The translations under genes and the position numbers were made by a program. A stretch of 64,000 nucleotides of DNA from Cyanophora paradoxa CCMP329 (taxonomy: Eukaryota; Plantae; Glaucophyta), in contig QPMI01000436.1 in assembly GCA_004431415.1 (NCBI GenBank), positions 372,001 to 436,000 of the forward strand, given 5' to 3'. Positions 1 to 10,816 of this stretch are shown here, in pieces. Every line of letters begins with the position of its first letter. Position 1 is the stretch's first letter. The notes below the pieces were generated by a model, which saw nothing but the letters and a program-made list of their open reading frames with translations, searched no databases and was not told the DNA's origin.

Positions 1-660
1 GGCTCTCTTGGCTGCAATTGAATCAGGTGTTTTAACATAGCAACCACCAGTTGGGGCATAACTCATAATAGCAACTCTGAGCATTTCGATTCTCTCCAAT
101 CGATAGCTATCAACAACATTCATCTGCTCCTGACACATTTGGGCTGCTTTATTCAGCTCAGTTCGAATATTTCTCGATTTGGTTAATACAAAATAATCGC
201 TGTAAATGTATTTCGATATCCAAACCTGTGGATTGCTGACTTTTACGAACTTGCAGATAAACGATAAGCGAACTTTGATTGCCCTGAATTGATCTAGACT
301 GTCTCTTAAACGTTTTGGTAGAGAGGTTGCAATTCTATCTAAATATTCAATCACATCAACAACAACTTCCCTTCTGGCTCTGTAAGTGAGCCAGCGATAT
401 AATTCATTCATTGCTGTACCATCTTCTGCCTCTGGTTCTATTTGCCTCAGGCGATCCAATTCATCAAGAGTTTCAACTTTGTCATAGAGGTTATTTGCTT
501 TTCTGGTTAATTTTGCTAAAGTGGGTCTGCCCCTTGAAATAAATCCGATTTCCCGGTCATATTCAGCCTCTGTGATTTCATGGGCTGCATACAGTGTTCC
601 TAGTAATCCCATGAGTTCCCATTTCTTCTCTCTTATGAGTCTGTTGCTGATTCGGGGCAT
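1..660 (-). CDS. Protein-primed DNA polymerase B (Polinton/adintovirus type), N-terminal 220 aa; runs off the window
   Basis: Manual translation from ATG at 660 is open to base 1: MPRISNRLIREKKWELMG...AIKVRLSFICKF...YRLERIEMLRVAIMSYAPTGGCYVKTPDSIAAKRA. The end matches the Y-x-P-x2-G-x-x-Y-x2-P-x2-I-x2-K-x-A motif that precedes INxxNxDxxCF in Polinton pPolB N-terminal regions. Catalytic domains are outside the window. Confidence 0.7.
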   Translation of the reverse strand, partial: MPRISNRLIREKKWELMGLLGTLYAAHEITEAEYDREIGFISRGRPTLAKLTRKANNLYDKVETLDELDRLRQIEPEAEDGTAMNELYRWLTYRARREVVVDVIEYLDRIATSLPKRLRDSLDQFRAIKVRLSFICKFVKVSNPQVWISKYIYSDYFVLTKSRNIRTELNKAAQMCQEQMNVVDSYRLERIEMLRVAIMSYAPTGGCYVKTPDSIAAKRA

Positions 661-723
661 AGTTCCTAACTTGTTCCTACTAAAAGGGGAGGTTTTAAAT
701 GGGGATATTCCGAACGCGAAAAT

Positions 724-754
724 ACTTAAAGGAATTTTTATATTGTATATATAT
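724..754 (+). promoter_or_regulatory. Putative early promoter motif TTAAAG-N(8-15)-TATA(TA); further copies at ~1105, ~1564 and ~4124
   Basis: The same bipartite motif lies just upstream of the ATGs at 773, 1147, 1615 and 4161. The copies at ~1105 and ~1564 are preceded by AAAAAATGA, and the copy at ~4124 by AAAAATGA at ~4048. Confidence 0.55.
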
Positions 755-772
755 AGAAGCCAAATAGCAAGA

Positions 773-1090
773 ATGAATCCGGACGGTCAAAGAACGCTTA
801 GTATTTCAGCCATCATGAGAAGTATTAAAGAAAGAAATGAAACCTGTGAAAACTCAGAATATAAACGAATTCTATGCAGTTTATGTAAATGTGATGAGAC
901 TAGCTATGATCAGTTTGTATGTGATCAATGCTTCAAGACAGTCTGTATTGGATGCATGAAACAGCAAGAGGAAATAGTCGGGAATACAAAATGCCCATTC
1001 TGTAGAAACACATTACAGTATCCAGAGTTCACCTTATTCAACATTCTGGACTACAATGCATGTGATGTTGAAACAATTACATTTGGCTGA
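773..1090 (+). CDS. RING-finger (C4C4-like) protein, 105 aa
   Basis: CSLC...CDQC-x4-CIGC...CPFCR spacing. True start is likely ATG 773, just after the promoter motif, not the 521 start in the ORF track. Confidence 0.75.
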   Translation: MNPDGQRTLSISAIMRSIKERNETCENSEYKRILCSLCKCDETSYDQFVCDQCFKTVCIGCMKQQEEIVGNTKCPFCRNTLQYPEFTLFNILDYNACDVETITFG

Positions 1091-1146
1091 GCAACAAAAA
1101 ATGATTTAAAGAATTCTCTATATATATTAAGAGAGACAGAGGAAAA

Positions 1147-1401
1147 ATGCCACTCAGTGAAGCCCAGAAGAGAGCTATGAAGAGGTACCAGCAAACTGAA
1201 AAAGGTAAGGCTCAAATCAAAAAGTTTAACGAAAAAATAGCCACACAGCTAAGAGATCTATATCAAACCGATGATACCTATAGAGCCATGAAAATAGCAA
1301 GTTCATGTCAGCGAAAGTATGCAGCCAATGCAGTCTGCTTTGTCAAGTATTTGTATGATGTCCCTTACTCAAACAGAGGGAGAAAATCGAAACATGTCTA
1401 A
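1147..1401 (+). CDS. Small basic helical protein, putative DNA-binding
   Basis: 84-aa ORF with promoter motif; SEAQKRAMKRYQQTEKGK is typical of small basic proteins of dsDNA viruses of protists. Confidence 0.6.
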   Translation: MPLSEAQKRAMKRYQQTEKGKAQIKKFNEKIATQLRDLYQTDDTYRAMKIASSCQRKYAANAVCFVKYLYDVPYSNRGRKSKHV

Positions 1402-1614
1402 ATTATTTTTCCCAGCATATTACTAGGCTGGGGATATGCTGTTTACTCGCTGAAATACTACTTTATCGTTTTTGTATCTGAACCACTCGATATATCATGT
1501 GGATAAATTTCGTAGGGATACTTTCTCGATTTCCAACAAAAAATGATTGGGGGACCCAAAACTACTTAAAGAAAAATCTTCTATATATATAAAAGGGACC
1601 CCCAATCGCTGAAA

Positions 1615-3940
1615 ATGAACGCCAAACAGACCAAGTTAATCAAATCGCTCGCTAACTGGCTTCGTTCTGATGAGGAACTCGCCAAAAACATGATTATCCC
1701 AGTGAAACCTGACAGCAAAGACCCAGTTTTCAAGCATAAGGGAGGTGCTTGGTCCTGGGAAAAGTATGAGGAAGCGCTGGCAACTAATCAGTATGTATCT
1801 TGGGGCATTCTGCTCTCAGACAACATGATGGTTATTGACTTTGATGATGAGGAGAACTTTGAGAAATTCCGGGATATGTTTCCTGATGACTTTGATGCCA
1901 ATCAGCCCATGGCAAAAACTAAAAAAGGCTATCATGTCTACTTTAAACGACCTGAGGAGTTCACTAAACTCAAAATCACCGATAAGGCTCCAGGCTTTAA
2001 AGGCTTTGAAAAGGTTGACCTGAAAACAATCACTGGAACTGGAACTTCTGGATTAATTAATGTTTGTCCCAGTGTCAACAAGACCTGGGTAATTGCTCCA
2101 TGGGATGATACCTGTGATTTCAATGAGCCTACTGATGAGTTTAAAAAGTGGATTGCAGAGAACTATATCTATAAGAGTGAGTATACTGCTAATGCTACCT
2201 CACATGATGCATTGGAAAAGAGTATTCTTAAAGAGCTGGTGGATATGGGCTTTATGCATCCCAATATAATCTCTCAAACTGAACTGGGCTTTAACTTTGA
2301 TGCTGCTAATAAGGGACTTAATTGCCCATGCTGCAATGGGTCCCATGAATCGAATAACTGGTATGTTATGAAAGCCAAAGGAGAAGATAAAAAGTATATT
2401 GTGTCCAGCTACAGTGGCAATTGCAAAAAACGATTTATCTTCATTGGAATGCAATCTGATATCTTCAATCTCATTGATAAGTCCGCTGGTTCTGGAGGCG
2501 CTCATTATGATGTCAGTCTTGTGTGCAAAGAGGTACTACAACATACTTGGAGATACTCCAAAAAGTCATGGTTCAAACTCAATACTGATACTGGGATTTG
2601 GGAGCATGATGACACAAACCAAAAGATTTACCTAGACATAAGTTGCCTTGTTGTCCCTCAATACCTTGGCAGGGCTGTGCATTATAGCCAAAGAGCTTTG
2701 AAGGATGAAGAGAATAGAACAGCTTTCGAAGAGAAATCGAAAACATTAATTTCTATTGCCAAAAATCTTAAACAATCAGGATATCGCAAATCCCTTCTGA
2801 CTGATCTGCTCCCTCTGCTGAATGATGATGAATTCTATGAAAAGATTGATACAGTTCCATATGTAATTGGATTCGATAATGGTGTATTTGATCTGACAAC
2901 TATGACTTTCAGAAAGGGGAAACTGGAAGATATGGTGAGCAAGAGTGTGGGTTATGATTATACTGAGAATGTAGACCCCAAGAAAGTAGACCATCTCAAT
3001 CAGATTTATAGAGAGATTGTAGATGATCCAGCAGAGCGAAACTACCTTCTGGCATCTATTGCAATTGCCCTCAGTGGATCAACAAAATCACAGAAGTTCT
3101 ACATGTGGACTGGTGCTGGGGCAAATGGTAAATCACTTGTTCAGGAATACTGCAAACAGATTTCAGGGGCTTATTATAGCCCTCTCGAAATATCCTATTG
3201 GACCAAACCTAAAAAGAACTCATCAGATGCTACTCCTGAACTTGCCAAACTCCTTGGAAAGCGACTTGTATTCAGTAATGAGGCTGAAGATGGTGATAAA
3301 CTGCAGATCTCCAAAATTAAGGAGGTCACAGGTGGAAATGAAATGACTGTGAGAGCCTTGTTCAAAGACCCAGTAATCCTCACTCCAATGTTCCAGGTTT
3401 ACATTACAACTAATGACAATTTGACTATAAATAAACCAGACTTTGCAATTCAAAGAAGACTTTCATACCAGAGATTCAATAATATATTCAGAGAGAAGCC
3501 TGAAGCTGGTCAGAAGAAAGCTGACCCAACACTGTTCACACTTCTACACAATGATGATGAGTATAAGATGGCTCACATGAAGATATTACTGGATATGTGG
3601 AAGAACAAAGAGGTTGAAGAGATCTTAAGAAATCCCCTCAATCGATTATTGAACAGGGAATAAACTTTATAGCTGAAAATGATAAGATTGGTGAATGGCT
3701 TAGGGATAATTTCGAAGTTACCCATAATGCAAACGACTTTGTTTCGAGTGATATCATTTACAAATCATACAGAAGTGTCGATGATAAAGTTGAATGTGTT
3801 TCTGTGATGAAGAGAGTAAGGGAAATCTTCAATGTGAAATCAGAGGTTAAACGAATTCAGGGAACCAGAGCAAGGGCTACATTGGACTTCGAAAGATAAC
3901 AAGGGTTCAAGAAGACAATGGAGAGGATGTTGAATATTAA
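1615..3940 (+). CDS. Bifunctional primase-polymerase fused to a D5-like superfamily 3 helicase (two 1-bp frameshifts near the C-terminus)
   Basis: Prim-Pol motifs VIDFD and TKKGYHVYF; CPCC..H Zn-binding segment; D5_N IGFDNGVFDL; Walker A GAGANGKS; FSNE; KEVTGG..VRALF. Adding one C at ~3634 and one G at ~3873 restores the typical tail PQSIIEQGINFIAENDKIGEWL...RGYIGLRK to TAA 3940. Confidence 0.9.
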
Positions 3941-3982
3941 ACAAAACGATTTATGATTGAAATGTATATGTATTTTTTATAG

Positions 3983-4092
3983 CCTTACTGGAAATGGTGT
4001 TGTTCACAGGTGTCACAGGTCCATCCCATCTAGGGGGCTATAAAAAGAAAAATGACCAGGGGACGATAAAAACCTGTGAACACCTGTGACAC
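3983..4092. repeat. Palindromic element (CACAGGTGTCACAGGT...ACCTGTG(A)ACACCTGTGAC), degenerate copy of the repeats at 21.6-21.9 kb; candidate replication origin
   Basis: Inverted arms built from 9-bp GTCACAGGT units, immediately downstream of the primase-helicase; shares the upstream CCTTACTG..ATGGT flank with the terminal copies. Confidence 0.8.
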
Positions 4093-4160
4093 CTATCGAA
4101 AAAGACCAAAATTTGACAAGAATACTTAAAGCTTACTTGATTGTGTATAGTGAAGACAAA

Positions 4161-4382
4161 ATGGCAAAGGCTCTTGAAGAAATGACCATGATTGAGTTAG
4201 ATAAATGCATTAAACATGGAGATATAGGGGCATATATCGAAATGTCACAGAGATTGATAGGTTACAATGTGTATGCAGCAAAATCAAAGAGAAATAGATC
4301 AGTAAACATTCACATAACTGTTTCAGTGTCTGAGAATGCAAACAAAAAACAACAAAAGCATATTTACAAAAGTTATCTGTGA
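4161..4382 (+). CDS. Small hypothetical viral protein
   Basis: ATG at 4161 follows an ACTTAAAG..TATAG motif; 73 aa. Confidence 0.45.
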   Translation: MAKALEEMTMIELDKCIKHGDIGAYIEMSQRLIGYNVYAAKSKRNRSVNIHITVSVSENANKKQQKHIYKSYL

Positions 4383-4714
4383 CTTGATTGCAAGTATAAA
4401 GCCAATTCCTTTGTATATATTTTTATAGCTGCCTCAGTAGCATACTGAGACCGCTTTTTCTCAATTATCTTATAGACCTGGGGTCCATTGCTACTTTCAG
4501 TTGGCAAATAATATTTAATCGGTCTTCCTCTGGGTCTCTGCTCTTCTTTTTGGGCTTTTCTGCGATAATAGGATGCCAGGGCTTGCTGCTTTTTATACTC
4601 TCTATATGCTGGGTCCTCTCTATATCGTTTCTGCATTGCTAGAATGTGTCTTATAGAACCCTCAGTAACAGGTTCATCACTGGTAAACTCGATTAAACTA
4701 ATAGTATCCTCCAT
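4373..4714 (-). CDS. Small basic protein with AT-hook-like PRGRP
   Basis: RYREDPAYREYKKQQALASYYRRK...RPRGRPIK; tightly packed with neighbouring ORFs. Confidence 0.6.
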   Translation of the reverse strand: MEDTISLIEFTSDEPVTEGSIRHILAMQKRYREDPAYREYKKQQALASYYRRKAQKEEQRPRGRPIKYYLPTESSNGPQVYKIIEKKRSQYATEAAIKIYTKELALYLQSSHR

Positions 4715-4979
4715 TTATATTCCCAGAGAAAACGTTTTCTGCTGGCAGAGAACTTCTCCTTGGATACTCCTGTTGCTCCTGTTGCTCATATGTATACTCT
4801 GTGGGGTCTGCTGGCATTGACTCCACAGAAACTGTAGACCTCCTTCTCTCTCTTGCTTCTGAGGCATTATCCTCATTATCTGACATCTCAAACTCCACTG
4901 TTGTGTCACAACATCCACTGTGGCAATTGCTCACCACATGCAGACTGAACATCTCGAAGAACTTTCGTATTATGTCCAT
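4698..4979 (-). CDS. Small hypothetical protein (hydrophobic N-terminus, SNCHSGCC motif)
   Basis: 93-aa ORF fitting the compact minus-strand gene run. Confidence 0.5.
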   Translation of the reverse strand: MDIIRKFFEMFSLHVVSNCHSGCCDTTVEFEMSDNEDNASEARERRRSTVSVESMPADPTEYTYEQQEQQEYPRRSSLPAENVFSGNINGGYY

Positions 4980-5001
4980 ATCTCTAATAAAACAGAGAAA
5001 A

Positions 5002-5736
5002 TTAAAGCCAAACTCGTCTTTTATATACTGTTGGGGCTACTCCCTTTTCTACTTCAGCTTTGGTGGCACCAGGTTCAATAGTTCCCTTTTGGGTCTTTGT
5101 TTTCATTTCATCTACTGCCTGCTCATCGATTTGGGTCTCTTTCTTAGCAATAAACTGTTTATCTGGGACACCAGTAATACCCATTTTATAAACTTCCTTT
5201 CGAAGCATCTCCTTTAGCTTAGCTCTCTCTTTCTTCTCAGTAACATACTGCTCCAAGGCACTGGATTTGGCTTCCAAGTCTTTGAGTTTAGCAGTCATCT
5301 CATCCCATTGAGCCTTGGGAATTCGATGAATATTTTGAGTGGGAGCAGTCTTATATGTGACTTCACCAGCCATAGACTGGATTACCTTGTCTGATTCCTT
5401 ACTAAGACCTTCACCTTTGCGAGCCAGTGAAAGATCTTGCAAGCCTAGACCTTTATCATCAGCAGCACCAATAATTCGCCTGGCACCCTCAGCAACAGCT
5501 TTCATTTTTGAGGCTTCAGGTGAGATGTTGAGTTGGTCACTGGTTGAAGCCTGTGGGGCTTTGTCATCGACTGATTCCTCATAGGCAGCATTGAGGGGGT
5601 CTTCTTCTTGCTGTGAGGGCTTCACCTCATTCATACCATTGAATTTCATTGGTTCAGTATTAATGGATCCATTGTTTCCACCACCTGAATAGCCAACAGC
5701 CCCAGCTGGAATCCCTATCTTTCGTTTGGGAGGCAT
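5002..5736 (-). CDS. Hypothetical viral protein (charged, coiled-coil)
   Basis: 244-aa ORF directly downstream of the ATPase. Confidence 0.7.
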   Translation of the reverse strand: MPPKRKIGIPAGAVGYSGGGNNGSINTEPMKFNGMNEVKPSQQEEDPLNAAYEESVDDKAPQASTSDQLNISPEASKMKAVAEGARRIIGAADDKGLGLQDLSLARKGEGLSKESDKVIQSMAGEVTYKTAPTQNIHRIPKAQWDEMTAKLKDLEAKSSALEQYVTEKKERAKLKEMLRKEVYKMGITGVPDKQFIAKKETQIDEQAVDEMKTKTQKGTIEPGATKAEVEKGVAPTVYKRRVWL

Positions 5737-5764
5737 TGTATCTTTATTAGAATGAGAGATAATT

Positions 5765-6559
5765 TTATAAACCGCGTTTATATCGCATCAATTTATTGCT
5801 ATGGACTTGGCTTTTCACTTCTTTAGGGGCTTCCTCTTTCTCTGGTGGTTTCAGTTCATCTTCTTTCTTCTTGGGCTTCCTGTGGAAGCGAGGAAAATCG
5901 AAATCTCCAACTAAATCGGCTTTATCAACATAGTAGCCCACATTATACTTGAAAGATGTATAAACAAGGAATTGATATGAGTGGACATACTCTTCAAACA
6001 GTTGATAGAAATCTTCTTTGCGAGGAAAAGTCGAAAACTCCTCTGCAAATGCTTCCAGCTCTTTTTGATTGCTTGCACAAACCATAATTACTATATCACT
6101 ATTGCAGCGAATAACACTTGCGACCTTTCTTAATTTTTGGGAAATAGTTATAATTGATATATTGACATGTCTGCCACGAACATAAAGCATTCCCACTGTT
6201 TTATCTCGACTGAGATCCAGCTGGTCATTTTCTATCATATCCTCTAAAATCACCAGCATATGGTTAAGTTCTTCTCCTTTCTCCCTTTTTGCCTCTCTTT
6301 CTTTTATAATTTTCGACATGTATTGGGGATCCCATGCACCCAGTTGAACAGTAGCAGCTTTGTCCCAAAAATGTGAAAATGAGGTAGCGGATATAATAAG
6401 TGTTGTATCAATCTTTTTGGCATCATGCAGCTGTTTCAAATAATATTTTACGGCTTCAGTTTTTCCGCATCCACTTTTACCTAGTATGAGTAGTCTGAAA
6501 GGGGGTTCTATCATTTCACCAGCCACAAATTCATCCAGATCAGAACTTGGTATTGGCAT
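5765..6559 (-). CDS. DNA packaging ATPase (A32/FtsK-HerA family)
   Basis: PFRLLILGKSGCGKT (Walker A), LVILED (Walker B), RGRHVNISIITISQ, IRCNSD: canonical Polinton/PLV/virophage ATPase motifs. Confidence 0.93.
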   Translation of the reverse strand: MPIPSSDLDEFVAGEMIEPPFRLLILGKSGCGKTEAVKYYLKQLHDAKKIDTTLIISATSFSHFWDKAATVQLGAWDPQYMSKIIKEREAKREKGEELNHMLVILEDMIENDQLDLSRDKTVGMLYVRGRHVNISIITISQKLRKVASVIRCNSDIVIMVCASNQKELEAFAEEFSTFPRKEDFYQLFEEYVHSYQFLVYTSFKYNVGYYVDKADLVGDFDFPRFHRKPKKKEDELKPPEKEEAPKEVKSQVHSNKLMRYKRGL

Positions 6560-6615
6560 TGTGTATCTTTCTATAAAGAAACAGATAAAAATAATGCAAG
6601 GTGACTGAATATGGT

Positions 6616-7347
6616 TTACAGGTTAGATAGGAATCGTTTAATGCAACCCTCAATATCAGTTTCAGTGTATGGGATTCTCAGTAGTTTAATGTTGTTAGCT
6701 TCACAGTATCGATTTTTTATTCCATCATTAATTTGAACCTGTTTAAATTGCTCTTCACCATTATCAGCACCAAACCACTTTCTTGGTTTGAAATGTTGAA
6801 TACCATCATATTCTATTGCAATTCGAAGAGAATCAATATAGAAATCGAACCTTAATGGAAACTTATTTCTACAATCTTTGAACGTATGTTGTTGTGTATA
6901 CCCCAATCCAATGGAGTCCAACACTTTGCACACCTCTTCCTCACCTTTTGAAGATCTACAAAATGGGCAACCAGTATTTCGAATATGAATGATTGGGGGT
7001 TGCATGAACTCTTTGTTACAAGAGTTGCATCTTATACAAACTGGTGTGTGAGCTTTCACATATTCTACTTTATTATAACAATATTTGTCTCCATGTGTTT
7101 TTCTTGATTGCTCTATAAATGTTTCCAGCTCTTTTCTGCGTTCATTTCCCAACCGCTGAAAACTACATTTTTTACAGCTTGACCCTCTTAGATGGTGATC
7201 CACACGCTGTTCAAATATTGTACTGCAAGTCAGACAAGAAATGAGAACTTTATCCTTGCATTTTGTAAATTGAACCTTCGAATAATCGAATTTACCATTA
7301 TGCTTGGCATTTGCACGATCTACAAACTCATTAATTGTGAGGGGCAT
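6616..7347 (-). CDS. Homing-endonuclease-like protein: two Zn-binding repeats plus PD-(D/E)xK/Vsr-like nuclease domain
   Basis: Two F...A...H..KYDYSKV.....KV.I.C..C...F.Q....H..G..C..C repeats followed by SKGEEEV, LRFDFYI, IEYDGIQHF, D..KN.YC..NNIKLLRIPY. Confidence 0.85.
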   Translation of the reverse strand: MPLTINEFVDRANAKHNGKFDYSKVQFTKCKDKVLISCLTCSTIFEQRVDHHLRGSSCKKCSFQRLGNERRKELETFIEQSRKTHGDKYCYNKVEYVKAHTPVCIRCNSCNKEFMQPPIIHIRNTGCPFCRSSKGEEEVCKVLDSIGLGYTQQHTFKDCRNKFPLRFDFYIDSLRIAIEYDGIQHFKPRKWFGADNGEEQFKQVQINDGIKNRYCEANNIKLLRIPYTETDIEGCIKRFLSNL

Positions 7348-7420
7348 TTTGCTTTTTAAATGTTTTCAAAAATAAATAATCATTTTTTCTTTAAATGCCT
7401 TACGAGAAATGGTAAGATTA

Positions 7421-8790
7421 CTACAAATTTATACGACGAAGCCCATCCTTGTCCAAAATTATATAGCTATGCATGAGAGCGCGAACATTGACATCGATTA
7501 CCTTATCTGAAGGCATGTAGAGGGTGAGGAAGGAAGAAGAGGAATTTGTTAAATCGACATAACCAGACTGGGCAATATTTCGAATTGCCTTCTCTCCATC
7601 AATGCAGAAACTTAAACCTGAAAGGACATAGCGATCAGCAACCTTATCCATGTTAGAGCATTTGAAGGCATCAGCAATTAGCTCAGCACCTTTGAGTAGG
7701 GAAATTGGCTCAGTGGCATAAAGTCGCTGTCCATTAATTTCAACAGTGAAAGTAATATCTTTGGAGTTGGCATAGGTCTTAAGAACACTGTGGGAGCCAG
7801 TGGATTTATCAACAGTTGCATTATCACGAACTGAAACAAGCAGAGCATAAACAAGACCTGAGATTTGAGAGAGGTTAATTCGATTGGGTTGGGCATTGCC
7901 CTTGGCAGGGAAAGCACTAGCATCTACAAATCCAATATCAAGGGAGGGAATAGCCATGCCAGTAGTCTTTACTTTTTCAATTACAGTAGCGAAAAGCTCA
8001 TCAGAAACATTAATAGCATGCATGTAAAGGCGAGGAGAAGTAATAGAAATGACAGGGGTTGTTGCACCAAGAGTAAAGTCTGTGATGTTTTGACCAACAT
8101 TTGCCAGAACAGTTTCAGCAGGGGCAGTTCCAAGACCGTCATCTTTTGAATAATCTACATCAGCTGCTGCAACAGTAAGACCACGACCACCATAGGAAGT
8201 TTCAACATAACCCTTTCCAGCATCCTTAAACCAAACAGTAACAACCATTTCACCAGATAAAGCACCAAGGGGAAGGTAGTGATTTAGCCAAGGCACAGGA
8301 ATTTCAACGAAAAATGAGCCACCAAGGCGGTTGGTTCCATGAGCAGGAATGCCATGAACCATGCCCATTGATCGCTTCTTTTTAGCTAGTTGATCCTCCG
8401 AATAATAGACCAGGGGAAATGAGCAAGGAAATCAGATGGAATATGGTAGGTGTAAGATCCATAGGTAATTTCAAGTCGCTGAACTAAAGCACCAACTGGG
8501 CGAGTGTATCCATTGCGAACTAGGTCAGTATCACCAGCAAAAGTGATGGCTGGAAGGTCGAAAGCAAGTTCGAGTTTTCCACAGAAATTGTAGCGAGGTA
8601 GCTTGAAGGAAATGCGATTTCCAACATTATTCTCAAAAGTATTGCTGGGATTCACAACAACTAGAACTGGCTTAGACTTGGATTCGAGACCAAGCATAAG
8701 GGAGTTATCCAGGAAAAAGGCTTTCGCCTCCTCTGGGGTTGTTAGGGCTTCTTTCAGCGAAAGTCTTTGAAGAGTGGAAGTGATATCCAT
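7421..8790 (-). CDS. Major capsid protein (double jelly-roll, ~456 aa), split by a 1-bp deletion at ~8413
   Basis: ORFs 8386-8832 and 7421-8368 join on adding one C (HFPLVYYSEDQLAKKKRSMGMVHG). Size, beta-rich character, ISFKLPR / VQRLEITYG / YLPLGALSGEMVVTVWF segments and position beside the ATPase and pentons fit a PLV MCP. Confidence 0.8.
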
Positions 8791-8843
8791 TATATTCTCT
8801 TTTATTATACTGCAACATAAAAAATCTACCAATGATCCTTAAT

Positions 8844-9854
8844 TTATGCGAAGCTTGTAATAACTGGATAGGAAGGGTGAAGCTGCGACATTCTCATCTT
8901 ATAGTATTCATAAACTGGGTCTCCTGCTGGCTCATCACCATAGCGAATTTCAAAGGTCAGATGAACAGGTTGACCCTCAAAATCAATTGGTTCATTTACA
9001 GCATTAACAATATCAACCGAGAAAGTGGATAATCCAACCTTTTTGTTATAGTATTTATAAAGTGGATGAGCCTCTGTTGAATTGTAAACAACATGCTCAC
9101 CATAATCTTTGTCAGGAACCACTATTTTATGAAAGTAACCAGTCAGAAGACCATCCCCACATTGAACCAGATCACCCAGCTCCTTTACTCTCACAAACAA
9201 AACACTGTCCCTGGTCTTCTCAGGCTCAAAAGAAGATATAATGCCATTCACTCGACCATCAGTAAAGATTCCATCAGTGAGAGCATCATAAACTTGGGAT
9301 TTGATTGGGGAATTCCCATATCTTCCAGGATCAAGACCAAGCAGTCTAGCTGAACTCAATAGCTTTTGGATTGTTTGTTGGCTTGGGTTTACAGCAAGTG
9401 AGAAAGCCAGGTAAAAAGGCACTGCCGAGTGGAATATAATTCGTTTCAGTGACTCATCCCATTTGCAGCGAATGGATGGTTGGGGAGTTCTGCCAATGAA
9501 TTTTGAGTTGATTACATTCACCAGCTGTTGGTGGCTTTGGATGGGGGTCTCGCGATTTACCATGAATTGTTTCCATTGTTCAAAATCAGCAGCTGGGCGA
9601 GTTGTTGGAATTCCTGAGCTTCCAGCTCCTGGAGTTTGTTCCGAATAATAAATACTAAATGTGTTATCAACTGTGACATCTCCTGCTTTGGTTTCACCAC
9701 TCACCATAGGGATGCTGTTATAAAATTCGGCTGAGACCAGTCTCACAGCCCTCACATTCTCATAACTACTGGGGAGTCGAGCCACAAAGCTTGATGTGGG
9801 ACCATCACCAGAGATTGTATTAAATGAGCTAACCTCGATGTAATCCACAGGCAT
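8844..9854 (-). CDS. Minor capsid (penton-like) protein 1
   Basis: IEVSS..SFVARLPSSYENVRAVRLVSAEFYNS N-terminus and LSTFSVDIVNAVNEPIDFEGQPVHLTFEI C-terminus match the single jelly-roll minor capsid pattern of PLVs/NCLDVs. Confidence 0.78.
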   Translation of the reverse strand: MPVDYIEVSSFNTISGDGPTSSFVARLPSSYENVRAVRLVSAEFYNSIPMVSGETKAGDVTVDNTFSIYYSEQTPGAGSSGIPTTRPAADFEQWKQFMVNRETPIQSHQQLVNVINSKFIGRTPQPSIRCKWDESLKRIIFHSAVPFYLAFSLAVNPSQQTIQKLLSSARLLGLDPGRYGNSPIKSQVYDALTDGIFTDGRVNGIISSFEPEKTRDSVLFVRVKELGDLVQCGDGLLTGYFHKIVVPDKDYGEHVVYNSTEAHPLYKYYNKKVGLSTFSVDIVNAVNEPIDFEGQPVHLTFEIRYGDEPAGDPVYEYYKMRMSQLHPSYPVITSFA

Positions 9855-9883
9855 TCTTCTTTTATCTATATTTATATATTAAA

Positions 9884-10816
9884 ATGAACCGGCTCGTTAA
9901 TATTGATAGCAGGGATAGAAGCCAAGGACAAAATGAAAACTCTTACAGGGTCACCCTCACAACTCCAGTAGAGAGACCAAGGGAATGCAGGGTTCTATAT
10001 GCAGAGATTCCGAACAGTATCTATAACAGTGTGGGAACTGATCATCTAACAGTTCAGTTTAATTACCAAGATGGTTCATACAATGAAGTCATCACACAGA
10101 AAGTGTATCCCCTTCCCAGTGGCTACATCAATCAGGGTCATTTTGGGGTAACACACCCTTATAATTATGGGCTGAACTATTCAAGCTTCCAAACCATTGC
10201 AGGCAAAACAGTAGCTTTTGAGTTCAAAATATTCTACAACCCAACAACCTATAAAGTGGAGTTTTACAGTAATCATGAGTTTCGTTTTATTGCAAGCAAC
10301 AAGCGAATAGGGAAGCTTTTGGGTGTAAGTTCTACTGAATACACCACTGGGTATTATAGCACTCCTCCTGTTGGTGGATCTCCCTATCGACCTGAGAACC
10401 TTTTAAAGTATGATGGCAAACCTATTACACCTGATCACCCAGCATGGGGAATCACCTTCTCAGGACCCAGACTCTCCTCTAAGCCCTTGCAATATTATTT
10501 TGACAGCAGGAAGATGTCTGATATGAATGCTGAGCAGTATCTGTACATGCATATTAAAGAGCTGTCCCCCTTTGCCAGCAGACACAATATAATTCCAAAA
10601 TCGCAACCACAAAACCAGGGAGCTATCCTTAGATTGCAATTGAGTAAAGATATAGGGGGCTATGTTTACCATAGTGGTGAACATGCAGAATTTATTCAAA
10701 TCAATGACAGAAACCTGGTGATAAGGGAACTCACTGTGGAGTTTAAAGATTACTTTGGTGAACTGATTGATATGAATGGAATCGATAATTCTTTTCAGTT
10801 GGAGTTTATCGAATAA
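9884..10816 (+). CDS. Minor capsid (penton-like) protein 2
   Basis: VNIDSRDR...YRVTL..P.......YAEIPNSIYN; YLYMHIKEL; IRELTVEFKDYFGELIDMNGIDNSFQLEF. Confidence 0.82.
   Translation: MNRLVNIDSRDRSQGQNENSYRVTLTTPVERPRECRVLYAEIPNSIYNSVGTDHLTVQFNYQDGSYNEVITQKVYPLPSGYINQGHFGVTHPYNYGLNYSSFQTIAGKTVAFEFKIFYNPTTYKVEFYSNHEFRFIASNKRIGKLLGVSSTEYTTGYYSTPPVGGSPYRPENLLKYDGKPITPDHPAWGITFSGPRLSSKPLQYYFDSRKMSDMNAEQYLYMHIKELSPFASRHNIIPKSQPQNQGAILRLQLSKDIGGYVYHSGEHAEFIQINDRNLVIRELTVEFKDYFGELIDMNGIDNSFQLEFIE

Noticed and set aside
521-772. 5' extension of ORF 521..1090
   Set aside because: It overlaps the minus-strand pPolB ORF and the promoter motif; ATG 773 is the better start.
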